A stretch of 64,000 nucleotides of DNA from Methanomassiliicoccales archaeon (GTDB lineage Archaea; Thermoplasmatota; Thermoplasmata; Methanomassiliicoccales; UBA472), in the NCBI GenBank assembly GCA_026394375.1, contig JAPKYJ010000015.1:15265-79264 (forward strand), written 5' to 3'. This document shows positions 41,028-49,392 of the stretch, piece by piece. The notes beneath the pieces are model-generated. The model did not search any database. It had not been told where the DNA came from and saw only the letters and a list, made by a program, of their open reading frames with translations. Within the stretch, counting starts at the first letter, position 1, and each line of letters opens with the position of its first letter. Both the position numbers and the translations under genes were made by a program.

Positions 41028-42156
41028 TCTGCCGGGATGCCCCTCCAATTCTTTTCGAGAGCACTTTGCCATCTGGATCGTAATACCTTCTTCTTATCCA
41101 GAAGGCTGCATTCACCAAGCTTATCAGAACTGGCACCTCCACGAGCGGTCCGATTACTGCAGCGAACGCCACCAGCGAGCCGATTCCAAATATGCCTATT
41201 GAAACCGCGATGGCTAATTCGAAGTTGTTGCTGGCCGCGGTGAAGCTCTGCGCCGTCGCATGAGGATAATCGAACTTCATCTTGATCGATAATCCAAAAG
41301 AAAGGAAGAACATGATTACGAAGTAGATGACCAGCGGAATGGCAATCCGGACCACATCAAATGGCTGGTTAAGGATGTATTCGCCCTTGAAGGCGAACAT
41401 GACCACGATGGTGAAGAGCAATGCCAGTAGCGAAATTTTGCCTAGCTTGGGCATTAGGTTGTTATTGTACCAGTCCGCGCCCTTCCTTGGCAGAAGCAGG
41501 TATCTGGTCGCAACCCCCATGGCGAATGGGATTCCCAGATAGATGAGGACGCTCTGGGCCACCTGCCAGACACCAATATCGATCTGGGTGCCCGAACCCG
41601 GGACTATCCAATCGGATGCCACTGCAATGAGGAAGTAGGCATAGAATGAATACAGCAGTATCTGGAATACGGAGTTGAGCGCGACCAGAATGGCCGCATA
41701 CTCCGAATCTCCCTCCGCCAAAGTGTTCCACACGATTACCATGGCGATGCATCGGGCAATGCCCGTTAGAATGAGACCAATTCGGAAGAAGACGTTGTCC
41801 GGCAGGAAGATCCAGGCAAGGGAGAACATCAGGAGAGGACCGACAATGTAGTTCAAGGCCAGCGAGGTGCCGAACATCTTCTTGGCCTCGGGTTGCCTGG
41901 GTATCTCCTTGAGTTCCTCGTACTTGACCCTGGCCAACGGAGGCCACATCATCAATATGAGGCCGATGGCGATCGGTATGGATGTCGTACCTACGCTGAG
42001 CTCGTTGAGCGCGCCCGCGATGCCGGGAATGGCGGCCCCCAATGCGATCCCCACGAATATCGCTATGAATATCCAGAGGGTCAGAAACCTATTCAGGAAA
42101 GACAGCCTTCTGGCACCCTCCTGCGCTTTCGGTTCATCTTCGCCAACCTTGGTCAT
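41005..42156 (-). CDS. acr3: ACR3-family arsenite efflux permease
   Basis: It has about 10 TM helices. FLNRFLTLWIFIAIFVGIALG...MMWPPLARVKYEEL...NNFELAIAV are typical ACR3 motifs. The ATG at 42156 is preferred over the TTG at 42162. Confidence 0.9.
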   Translation of the reverse strand: MTKVGEDEPKAQEGARRLSFLNRFLTLWIFIAIFVGIALGAAIPGIAGALNELSVGTTSIPIAIGLILMMWPPLARVKYEELKEIPRQPEAKKMFGTSLALNYIVGPLLMFSLAWIFLPDNVFFRIGLILTGIARCIAMVIVWNTLAEGDSEYAAILVALNSVFQILLYSFYAYFLIAVASDWIVPGSGTQIDIGVWQVAQSVLIYLGIPFAMGVATRYLLLPRKGADWYNNNLMPKLGKISLLALLFTIVVMFAFKGEYILNQPFDVVRIAIPLVIYFVIMFFLSFGLSIKMKFDYPHATAQSFTAASNNFELAIAVSIGIFGIGSLVAFAAVIGPLVEVPVLISLVNAAFWIRRRYYDPDGKVLSKRIGGASRQNGEGQNG

Positions 42157-42192
42157 GCTCAAGCCCGCCCCGGATACTCCCGATGAAGAGTA

Positions 42193-42212
42193 ATTTCAAT
42201 TATTATTGAAAC
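42193..42212. promoter_or_regulatory. Palindromic operator candidate in the acr3/arsC divergent promoter
   Basis: The site reads ATTTCAA-TTATTA-TTGAAAC. A GATATAAATAAG TATA-like box follows at 42221-42232. The same palindrome recurs at 45474 and 46654. Confidence 0.45.
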
Positions 42213-42282
42213 GATAAGTAGATATAAATAAGTTCCTAACCATCGTTACCTTGGAATCCAGTTAACAGAGTAGAGGCAGGAA

Positions 42283-42699
42283 ATGAAGTCAGTCTTATTC
42301 ATATGCACCCATAATTCAGCTCGCTCACAGATGGCAGAGGGTCTGGTCAACTCGCTCTATTCGAAGGTCCTTCGCGCCGAGAGCGCTGGCACCAAGCCTA
42401 ACCAGGTGAACCCTCTAGCCATAGTGGCAATGGCCGAAATGGACATAGATATCTCCAACCATAAGTCCAAGAGCCTCAGCGAGTTCGAAGGCCAGCAATT
42501 CGACTATGTCGTAATGGTCTGCTCGGATGCTGCTGAAACCTGCCCTTTCTTTCCGGGAGGCGGAGAGCAGATCCATCATGGCTTCGATGACCCAGCCTCC
42601 GTGGAAGGAACCGATGAAGAGAGATTGCGAGCTTTCAGGAAGAGCAGGAATGAAATCAATAAGTGGATAATTGATAATCTTGTATTGCCCAGGGCGTAG
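42283..42699 (+). CDS. arsC: Arsenate reductase, LMW-PTP (thioredoxin-coupled) type
   Basis: It has the CX5R P-loop (LFICTHNSARSQMAEG) and the distal Cys pair (VCSDAAETCPFF). Confidence 0.9.
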   Translation: MKSVLFICTHNSARSQMAEGLVNSLYSKVLRAESAGTKPNQVNPLAIVAMAEMDIDISNHKSKSLSEFEGQQFDYVVMVCSDAAETCPFFPGGGEQIHHGFDDPASVEGTDEERLRAFRKSRNEINKWIIDNLVLPRA

Positions 42700-42710
42700 A
42701 GGATGTTAGG

Positions 42711-43118
42711 ATGGCCAGAGAGAAAGCGAAGAAGATTGAGTGCTGTGAGGACGCGATGAGTCTGCCCGAGGAGATGGAGGTGGCCGTTCGGCAGCGGGGT
42801 GGGCTGGAGGGGTTGAAGAGTCACGTTCCTGACAGGAAAAGCCTCGCTTCGGAAGCAGAGCTCTTCCATGCACTTTCAGATCCGATTCGACTCCAGATTC
42901 TGCACGCCCTCCTCCTCACTGACCTTTGCCCTTGCCTTCTCAAGGAGATCACGGGGCTTTCCAACTCAAAGCTCTCTTATCATCTCAGCATCCTTGAGGA
43001 ATCGCGACTGGTCGCCTCATCGCCTCGAAAGAAATGGCGTATCTACATGTTGACTGAATTTGGGAAATCTTGGATCAAGACTCGATCAAATCCGGCAACT
43101 GAGCCGGCTGACAATTGA
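42711..43118 (+). CDS. arsR: ArsR/SmtB-family metalloregulator
   Basis: It has LSDPIRLQILHALLLTDLCPCLLKEITGLSNSKLSYHLSILEESRLV, with CPC at the position of the classical ELCVCDL As(III) site. Confidence 0.85.
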   Translation: MAREKAKKIECCEDAMSLPEEMEVAVRQRGGLEGLKSHVPDRKSLASEAELFHALSDPIRLQILHALLLTDLCPCLLKEITGLSNSKLSYHLSILEESRLVASSPRKKWRIYMLTEFGKSWIKTRSNPATEPADN

Positions 43119-43156
43119 AAGGTCGAGAATGGCCGTTCCCGACCATCATTTTCTTG

Positions 43157-44977
43157 TTAGAAGATTTCCTTAGCCAGGGCCCTGAGGTTCTCCACTCCCT
43201 CCGGTGCATGGTCGAGCAGGGGCACCAAGAACAGAGGCACCTTGAACATGGGGCCGATTTCCCGCAAGTACTTCATCTGCTGCTCTCTCCTGCTCTCGAA
43301 GAACGCATTGCGGCCGTACTCCTTGGGCAGGATATAGTTCACTCCTACCAGCGCGGTCTCGATACCCACCTGCTTCCTCAACTCCTGTGACGCCCGCCAT
43401 GCTTCGATGATCGGTGTATACTCGGGATAGACGACGAAAACGAAGGTGCTCTTGTCCTTGGACTTCATCGTATCGATGACGCTCGCGTACTTGTTCCGCG
43501 TTTCATCGGAGGTCTTCTTGGCCAATGTGCCTAGGTCGATAAAACCCTTCCAATCAGAGGGCAGTTCGAGCAGCCTTAGGGTGTGGCCTGTGGGTGCGGT
43601 ATCGAAGATCACAGCCTGGTATTCTTCCAGCTCGAAATAGCTCATGAACTTCTCGAAGGCGGACATCTCCTCGGCGCAGGGAGAGTTGAGGTCCTCCTCG
43701 ACCGACTTCTGGACCTCCTCCGGTTGGTCCTTCACCGAATCGATTATTCTTTTTTTGTACTCATCAAGGGCCACCTTCTGGTCGATCCTGGCCACATCCA
43801 GGTTCTTGACCCCCTTTACCGGAGCGGGCGCCGACCCGACCTCCTGCTCGAATATTTCCTGGAGATGGGATGCGGGGTCGGTGGTGACGATGAGCGTTCT
43901 CAGCCCTTCGTCGGCGAGATACACGGACGTCGCGCAGGCCAGAGTGCTCTTGCCCACCCCTCCCTTCCCGGTGAAGAAGATGTATCTTGTGCCATTGGCG
44001 GGACGCAGCAGCTTTCGGACCGCGTTTAGGTCGCTCTTCACTATGGCCGAGGAGGCTCGTGCCTTTTCGGAGGCCTTATGCACCTGTACTTTCCGGCCAT
44101 CGAACAGATAGGAAGCCACAGATTCCAAAGCGTCAACCCCGTTGATCTCGGTGTCCTGGAGGGGATACTGCAGTTCGTTGAGCACGAAATCGCTCTTGAT
44201 CTCCTCCAGCATCGTGTCCTCTTCGGCCTTCTTCTTACGGAAGAAGGAATCAGTAGCCACATCAGCGGGAAGTACGCCATTGATGATCAGGAAGTTGGTC
44301 CTGATGCCCAGCTTGGAGAGCTCAACCATGCTCCGGTTGGTCTCGATAATCGATGACCTCTCCGGTTTAAGGACGAAAATGAATGAAGTCTTCGAGCCGT
44401 CTTGGAGGTATCCGATAGCCTTCTTGTACTTGGCCTTGGCTCCCTGCAATGAGGAACTCGGTCCGATGCACGTCGAACCACCCTTGTCCAGCTCAGTGGA
44501 CCAGCTGCTAGGCAGCTCTAGCAGCCGGATGGTATGGCCGGTCGGTGCAGTGTCGAAGACGACTGCATCATACTTAGGATCGTCCATGAACTCGATGAAG
44601 CTGTCGAAGGCCGCCACCTCGTCAACGCATGGGCTCTTCAATTGCTCCATCATCGCGTCCAGGTTCTTCTGGTCCAGGATGCCCTTGAGGGGGGAGACCA
44701 TCCGCTCCCGGTACTCTTGGGATGCGGCGTCCGGGTTGATCTCGACCGCATAGAGGTTAGGGACGTTGCTTATGGCCATGATGCGGTGCCCGATCTTCTG
44801 TCCGAAGATATCTCCAAGGTTCGGCGCGGGGTCAGTGGTCACGATGAGGGTCTTGTAGCCTTTGCGGGCTAGCCATACCGCAGTCGCGCAGCTCATGGTG
44901 CTCTTGCCCACCCCTCCCTTTCCACTGAAGAAGATGAACTTGGTCTTGCCGTTTTCTGGCTCAATCAATGTGTTCAT
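43157..44977 (-). CDS. arsA: Arsenite-stimulated ATPase ArsA (duplicated halves)
   Basis: It has two P-loops (GKGGVGKST) and two DTAPTGHT signal-transduction motifs. Confidence 0.95.
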   Translation of the reverse strand: MNTLIEPENGKTKFIFFSGKGGVGKSTMSCATAVWLARKGYKTLIVTTDPAPNLGDIFGQKIGHRIMAISNVPNLYAVEINPDAASQEYRERMVSPLKGILDQKNLDAMMEQLKSPCVDEVAAFDSFIEFMDDPKYDAVVFDTAPTGHTIRLLELPSSWSTELDKGGSTCIGPSSSLQGAKAKYKKAIGYLQDGSKTSFIFVLKPERSSIIETNRSMVELSKLGIRTNFLIINGVLPADVATDSFFRKKKAEEDTMLEEIKSDFVLNELQYPLQDTEINGVDALESVASYLFDGRKVQVHKASEKARASSAIVKSDLNAVRKLLRPANGTRYIFFTGKGGVGKSTLACATSVYLADEGLRTLIVTTDPASHLQEIFEQEVGSAPAPVKGVKNLDVARIDQKVALDEYKKRIIDSVKDQPEEVQKSVEEDLNSPCAEEMSAFEKFMSYFELEEYQAVIFDTAPTGHTLRLLELPSDWKGFIDLGTLAKKTSDETRNKYASVIDTMKSKDKSTFVFVVYPEYTPIIEAWRASQELRKQVGIETALVGVNYILPKEYGRNAFFESRREQQMKYLREIGPMFKVPLFLVPLLDHAPEGVENLRALAKEIF

Positions 44978-45033
44978 TTAACTCACTCCATCGTGGATGA
45001 TCGTGTTCATGATTTAGCCTCCAGCAGTTCATC

Positions 45034-45360
45034 TCATTGCGCAGCTAGGAGGGCTGACTTCATCTCGTCGTAAGTCATGTATCTCTCCTTGACGAGGATC
45101 TTCCCGTTCAGCACAGTTATCGGCAGGACGTCGGTTCCTTTCGTCTTAACTAGCTTGAGCACCTCAGGTTCTTCCAGATAGGCCTGAGCGTTGAAGGACA
45201 TAGATGCTCTGATGATTTTCGCATCGGGGAACTCGGCCTGCAGCCTCCTGACGTCCTCGGTTAACTGGATGAGTGCCTTATCTGGCTCTGGACCACAGAT
45301 GCCCGTGGAACAGCACAGCATCCCTTCATAAATAATCAGCTTCTTTGACATTTTCATCAC
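45034..45360 (-). CDS. arsD: Arsenic metallochaperone/repressor ArsD
   Basis: It has MLCCSTGICGPEPD, the Cys12/13/18-type motif, on a thioredoxin-like fold. It lies immediately upstream of arsA. Confidence 0.9.
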   Translation of the reverse strand: MMKMSKKLIIYEGMLCCSTGICGPEPDKALIQLTEDVRRLQAEFPDAKIIRASMSFNAQAYLEEPEVLKLVKTKGTDVLPITVLNGKILVKERYMTYDEMKSALLAAQ

Positions 45361-45473
45361 CGAATATCCTCTTATGTGCCAATCCTCACCCTCTTCTTCT
45401 AGATGATCGGCATTCTCTGGCCTTCCCTTGGCTCAATCCCTCAAACGTGTTGGTTGTCCTAGGCGCGATTGTC

Positions 45474-45493
45474 ATTTCAACAGATTTTGAAAT
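45474..45493. promoter_or_regulatory. Palindromic operator candidate upstream of arsDA
   Basis: The site reads ATTTCAA-CAGATT-TTGAAAT, a perfect 7-bp inverted repeat. The 12-mer TTGTCATTTCAA occurs twice (45469-45480 and 45514-45525), flanking a TATA-like GTTTATTAG on the coding strand. Confidence 0.45.
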
Positions 45494-45687
45494 ATCGTTA
45501 TGGCTAATAAACTTTGTCATTTCAAAAGTATCCGAATCGATGATCATACACACCGTTCTCATGATGTGGGGCTACGATTCGGGCAAGAGGAAGGGAGGTT
45601 TGTTGGTCAAACGGTTCTCCAACGTGAACAATGATCTCCGTGACCTGGTGGACGCGTCCGTCTATCTCATGTTGGTCGGTATCGGAC

Positions 45688-46341
45688 CTAAGGCCGTAGC
45701 TGGCTCTCCACTAGACTCGCCACTCTGTTGACGTCTTCCTGATTTGGATTGAGCTGGTCGTAATCCTTTTTTATCCCCAGATTGGTGACGACCACCTGTA
45801 ATGTGGGCTCGATGCCGGCATGCCTCAGGGTTTTGTAGGCGCACTGGGCGGCACAGCCGTCTAGGGATACGACCCGGTTGGCCTTTTTCGCCGAGGTGAT
45901 GAAGCCCTGCCCGTGTGATCCAACTCCGGCTAGGCATGAGAATTTCCCCAATCCTCGGTTGACCAAGGACTTGGCTACCTCATTGGATATCTGCCCGACA
46001 TTAGAGCCTCCGGAGCATGGATAGAACACGGCCCCCGTACCGGAGCATCCGCAGGTGGGATTAATCACCTTGATATCGGAGGCCGGCAGTGTTCCCTTGT
46101 CCTTCCCCACGGTCTCGATCATTTCCTTTATCTCTTCCACGCTGGGCACTCGACCCATCGACCGGATTTCGCCGTCGATAACCAGCCCGGGCGTCATCGT
46201 GATGCCCTTGCGTATGAGCATCTCGAAATCCTCCACTTTGAGGATCTGAGCTTCGATGCCCAATTCATCTACCGCCCTCTGGGCATTGTTCATGAGCCGC
46301 TCGCAGTTACTGCACCCCAGTCCGAAAACCTCAATTATCAT
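45688..46341 (-). CDS. Fusion of a thioredoxin-fold (MTH895/TM0996-like, CxxC) domain and a DGC zinc-binding domain
   Basis: The N-terminus is IIEVFGLGCSNCERL...TPGLVIDGE. The C-terminus is CGCSG...YPCSGGSNVGQ...VVSLDGCAAQCA, which carries the DGC motif. Confidence 0.75.
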   Translation of the reverse strand: MIIEVFGLGCSNCERLMNNAQRAVDELGIEAQILKVEDFEMLIRKGITMTPGLVIDGEIRSMGRVPSVEEIKEMIETVGKDKGTLPASDIKVINPTCGCSGTGAVFYPCSGGSNVGQISNEVAKSLVNRGLGKFSCLAGVGSHGQGFITSAKKANRVVSLDGCAAQCAYKTLRHAGIEPTLQVVVTNLGIKKDYDQLNPNQEDVNRVASLVESQLRP

Positions 46342-46592
46342 GACTTAGCCCTCCGATGATATTCCTCCAACAGTGCCCTCTCGTACTCCGAACTTGCGTT
46401 CGAGGGCACATAGTTGAAGACTTTCACCTTCTCCAGCAATGCCTCTCCGATCTCGGCATCGCTCTGGAGCCCCATCGCCCTGATCTCGCTCATGACCTCT
46501 TCGAGCTGAGAAAGACCGATAGGGCTTCCGTTTATCATGAGCTGCTTTATCTTGCGTGCGGCTGCCTCCGCGCAACAAGGCTTGTCTTCCAT
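46338..46592 (-). CDS. Small CC-motif protein of unknown function
   Basis: The product is MEDKPCCAEAAARKIKQLMINGSPIGLSQLEEV...NYVPSNASSEYERALLEEY. Its stop overlaps the start of the Trx-DGC gene (ATGA). Confidence 0.45.
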   Translation of the reverse strand: MEDKPCCAEAAARKIKQLMINGSPIGLSQLEEVMSEIRAMGLQSDAEIGEALLEKVKVFNYVPSNASSEYERALLEEYHRRAKS

Positions 46593-46653
46593 ATCTCGCA
46601 CCTACAATTTGCTCGGTTTCTTACAACGACACGATTGCTAATGACGATTAGAT

Positions 46654-46673
46654 ATTTCAACATTATTTAAAAT
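46654..46673. promoter_or_regulatory. Third copy of the ars palindrome, overlapping a TATA-like box
   Basis: The site reads ATTTCAA-CATTAT-TTAAAAT, with one mismatch in the right half. On the coding strand it reads ATTTTAAATAATGTTGAAAT, about 60-80 nt upstream of the 46592 start. Confidence 0.4.
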
Positions 46674-47650
46674 GATTCTTGCTATGAATTCTTGCCACCT
46701 TGGCCATTCTCAGCCATGGCTATGGCAAAAATGATATCACAGCTCTTTCACAATCCTCCCTTAGGCTTGCTTGCAGATGGAGGGTCCCATTGGAGTATAC
46801 CCGTGCCACCACGCCGATTTCCTCCATCAGGATGGTGAGCTGGGGGCCCTGTGCCACAACATCCATGAAGCCTGCCTCCTCAAGTCTTCTGGCGAGAAGA
46901 TCAAAATCAATGTTAATGCGCTCTCGCGGTAGCGCCTCATATTCTTCAATGTTCCGGCTGAGCCCACTCGTGCAAATCCTCGGGGAGTAATCCGGTCGTT
47001 TCCGTGGACTGTAGTCCCAATCGGTGCACCCATGTCCAGTCGCGAACTAGCCCCTTCCATGCCCCAACCCCTAAGATCCTTCTAGAGTCTCAACGAAAAG
47101 AGAGTAAGGCGTTTCCTAAAAAGGCCAGTAATCCGTTTCGGTCATCTGGGAGTTGGCAGGATTTCGTCCCTAATTCCCAGTGGAGAATCGTCGTTCTGGA
47201 TGGGTCCATTTGTTGTGTTCGGGCAGACCCACCACTCTTTGTAGCCAGCACAGTCGTCATGCGGTCAATGAAGGGGGTTCCTTGGATCGCTCATAGGTTA
47301 AAAAAGTGGATGAAGGGGTTTGGCGCCTCTCTCGGAGGTCAATACCCTCCTGATTGAAGTGCGACGTTCGAGTACTGGCTAGATGACGGGACACATTCTG
47401 GGGGATCTACTAGATGGGACCAATACAAATGACCATCCTCAGCGCCCGGGCTTCCTATTTGGGGATCTCCTCCAGAAGCCGTTCTCAGTGACTTGGGACA
47501 TAGTCGCGGTTCACCGCCCCAGTGACATGTGGGGATTCTACGGTCAGTTTGTGTCGCACTTCCCTGGATCGGAGTCAACACAGTTCTATTACATCTGCTA
47601 CAACTCCCTGGCCGACCGCAATAACAACTACGATACATAAACCATAACCA

Positions 47651-47674
47651 CGCAGAGGGTCGATTCCCTCTGCG
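47651..47674. other. Perfect 9-bp stem-loop
   Basis: CGCAGAGGG-TCGATT-CCCTCTGCG is followed by the pyrimidine-rich CCTTCCTTTC. It lies about where G+C appears to rise again. Confidence 0.3.
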
Positions 47675-47921
47675 CCTTCCTTTCAGCTCAAGGGAATGGC
47701 GAACATACCTGTTGATTCGGGGCAAATGCTCCTCTACCCGAATCTATGGGCGAAGGTCAATCTCTTAACCCAAGAGACACCATGCGATAGAGACTGACGT
47801 GAAGGGTCGCCGCGCAGACATGAGAGCATGCCAGAGCAAGAGAGCGCGGTTTGGCTTATTGGGCTGCACGACGCGGGCCAAGGCTGTCGAATGTGGCTGC
47901 CGAGGTTCCACATGTCGTTCC

Positions 47922-48245
47922 CTAGAATGGTGAATAGCTCATCGTGCCGAGCACGTAGATCGCAAACGGGATGATGATGTAGAGGATGCCCGTGGCCCCG
48001 CATACAACCAGAAACGCATCGTTGCCGGATGCCATCGAGCCGCGCCTTCGTTCGTCGACTGCTTCAATGGCTGCGAAGAAGAGGAACCAAACAGATGCAA
48101 TCCATAGCGCGAATTCCGCAACCAGAACCAGCAGTCGCTCATCTTGGGTCCACATTCCACCAGTCAGATACGGGACGAGCAAGATGATTGCACCAGTGAC
48201 GAAGAGCCCAATCGAAAGAAGGTACCTTCGATGTCTGACCTTCAT
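47922..48245 (-). CDS. Membrane protein (3-4 TM), unknown function
   Basis: It is a hydrophobic 107-aa ORF (LLSIGLFVTGAIILLV, LVLVAEFALWIASVWFLFFAAI, ILYIIIPFAIYVL). Confidence 0.4.
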   Translation of the reverse strand: MKVRHRRYLLSIGLFVTGAIILLVPYLTGGMWTQDERLLVLVAEFALWIASVWFLFFAAIEAVDERRRGSMASGNDAFLVVCGATGILYIIIPFAIYVLGTMSYSPF

Positions 48246-48380
48246 AGTCTGCCATAAATGGATTGCTAATCTGATTAATGAAGATTTTGGGCCGTGTCCG
48301 CAAGTCCGATGAGGTCAATCGAATCGTTGTCCTCCCTGACCAATTTCACTGCCCGCCAGTTGACCGAGGCTTGACTGACA

Positions 48381-49336
48381 CTAAGGCACTGACTTCCATG
48401 CCTTCAGGACGACGAGGACCGGGTCCCGCATCGACCTCCGGACCCCCTCAATCGTCGCCGCGATGACCAAGGCCTGCAGCGGCTCGCTGAGGCCGACTGG
48501 GTCCATGACGCCAATGCCGTCCTCGAGCTCGAGACTCCTTGTGAAAGGAACAGGCTCGAGCCCGGTCGGGATGAGGTCCATTGCGCGAGCAGCGTGTGAA
48601 TCTCCTTGCCATGCCGTTGGCTTCTCGGGCCGTTCCCTGACACGTTGCAGCACCCGTCCGACCGAGCTCGCGTCCTTCGTCACGAGCTGAGCCGTAGGGC
48701 TCGAACATCAGGTTTCTCTCCTCGAGCGATGCCGCGAGGAGCACCTCAACGCAGCACCAGTCGACCACTCTTGGAAGAACGGGCCTGGCGGTCGCCCTGG
48801 ATGTCGCTCTCGCCACTCTTGGCTCGGAAGGCGATCGCCCTCCGACCAGAGTGCCGAATCAGCGACTCAGGCGTCGTCGTCTTCCCGGAGAGCTGCGTGA
48901 GTCCAGTCGCGGTCAGGTGGTGCAGTGGGATCCATACCGGCTCACCGGTTCCGGACTCGTAGCCGAGGAGGACGGTGCTTTTGGAGTCACGGACGCACCA
49001 GCCTCGGCTGCCCGCAGCACAGACATACGACACGGCGATGGTTGCGACCGAACGAACGCCCGTCGATGAGCCAGTCGCTTCGATGGCACCAATGGCACTC
49101 CTCCTCGAACAACAGGCATAAAATGAGGCGGTCGAAGAACGGCGGCTCACCGCATCACCTTCTTCAGGTCCCCGGCCATCTCGTCGTTGATCGGGATTGA
49201 AGCGATATGTCCATCTCAAGCTAGAAAAATGGAAAGGGTTTGAGTGCTCGCAGTAAGTCAATCCCCGCAGATTGAAGCGTCGTGTCGGACATCTGGCTTG
49301 GAGAATGTCACATTCTGGGGAATGTGATCCAGACAT
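48381..49336 (-). pseudogene. Possible decayed P-loop NTPase (two fragments in different frames)
   Basis: The upstream fragment has GEPVWIPLHHLTATGLTQLSGKTTT, a Walker-A-like motif with non-canonical spacing. The downstream fragment ends in DPVLVVLKAW, a degenerate Walker-B-like motif. Flanking sequence is low complexity. Confidence 0.3.
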
Positions 49337-49392
49337 TCCATTTGCTGATCAATAGGTTCACTCAAGCACCCTCTTCAAATGGTCCAAAACCC

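Noticed and set aside
41462-41947. 161-aa alternative-frame ORF inside acr3
   Set aside because: It is on the same strand but in a different frame from the strongly supported ACR3 permease. Its composition is Gly/Arg/His-rich.
45345-45731. 128-aa plus-strand ORF in the arsD upstream region
   Set aside because: It spans an AT-rich intergenic promoter region carrying the palindromic operator and overlaps the ends of two minus-strand genes. It has no motif and odd composition.
47651-47674. tRNA 3' fragment (T-arm) that could mark an att site
   Set aside because: The stem is 9 bp and the loop is 6 nt (TCGATT), not the 5-bp stem and 7-nt TTCRANN loop of a T-arm. No acceptor or anticodon arm is adjacent. 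It was kept only as a generic hairpin.
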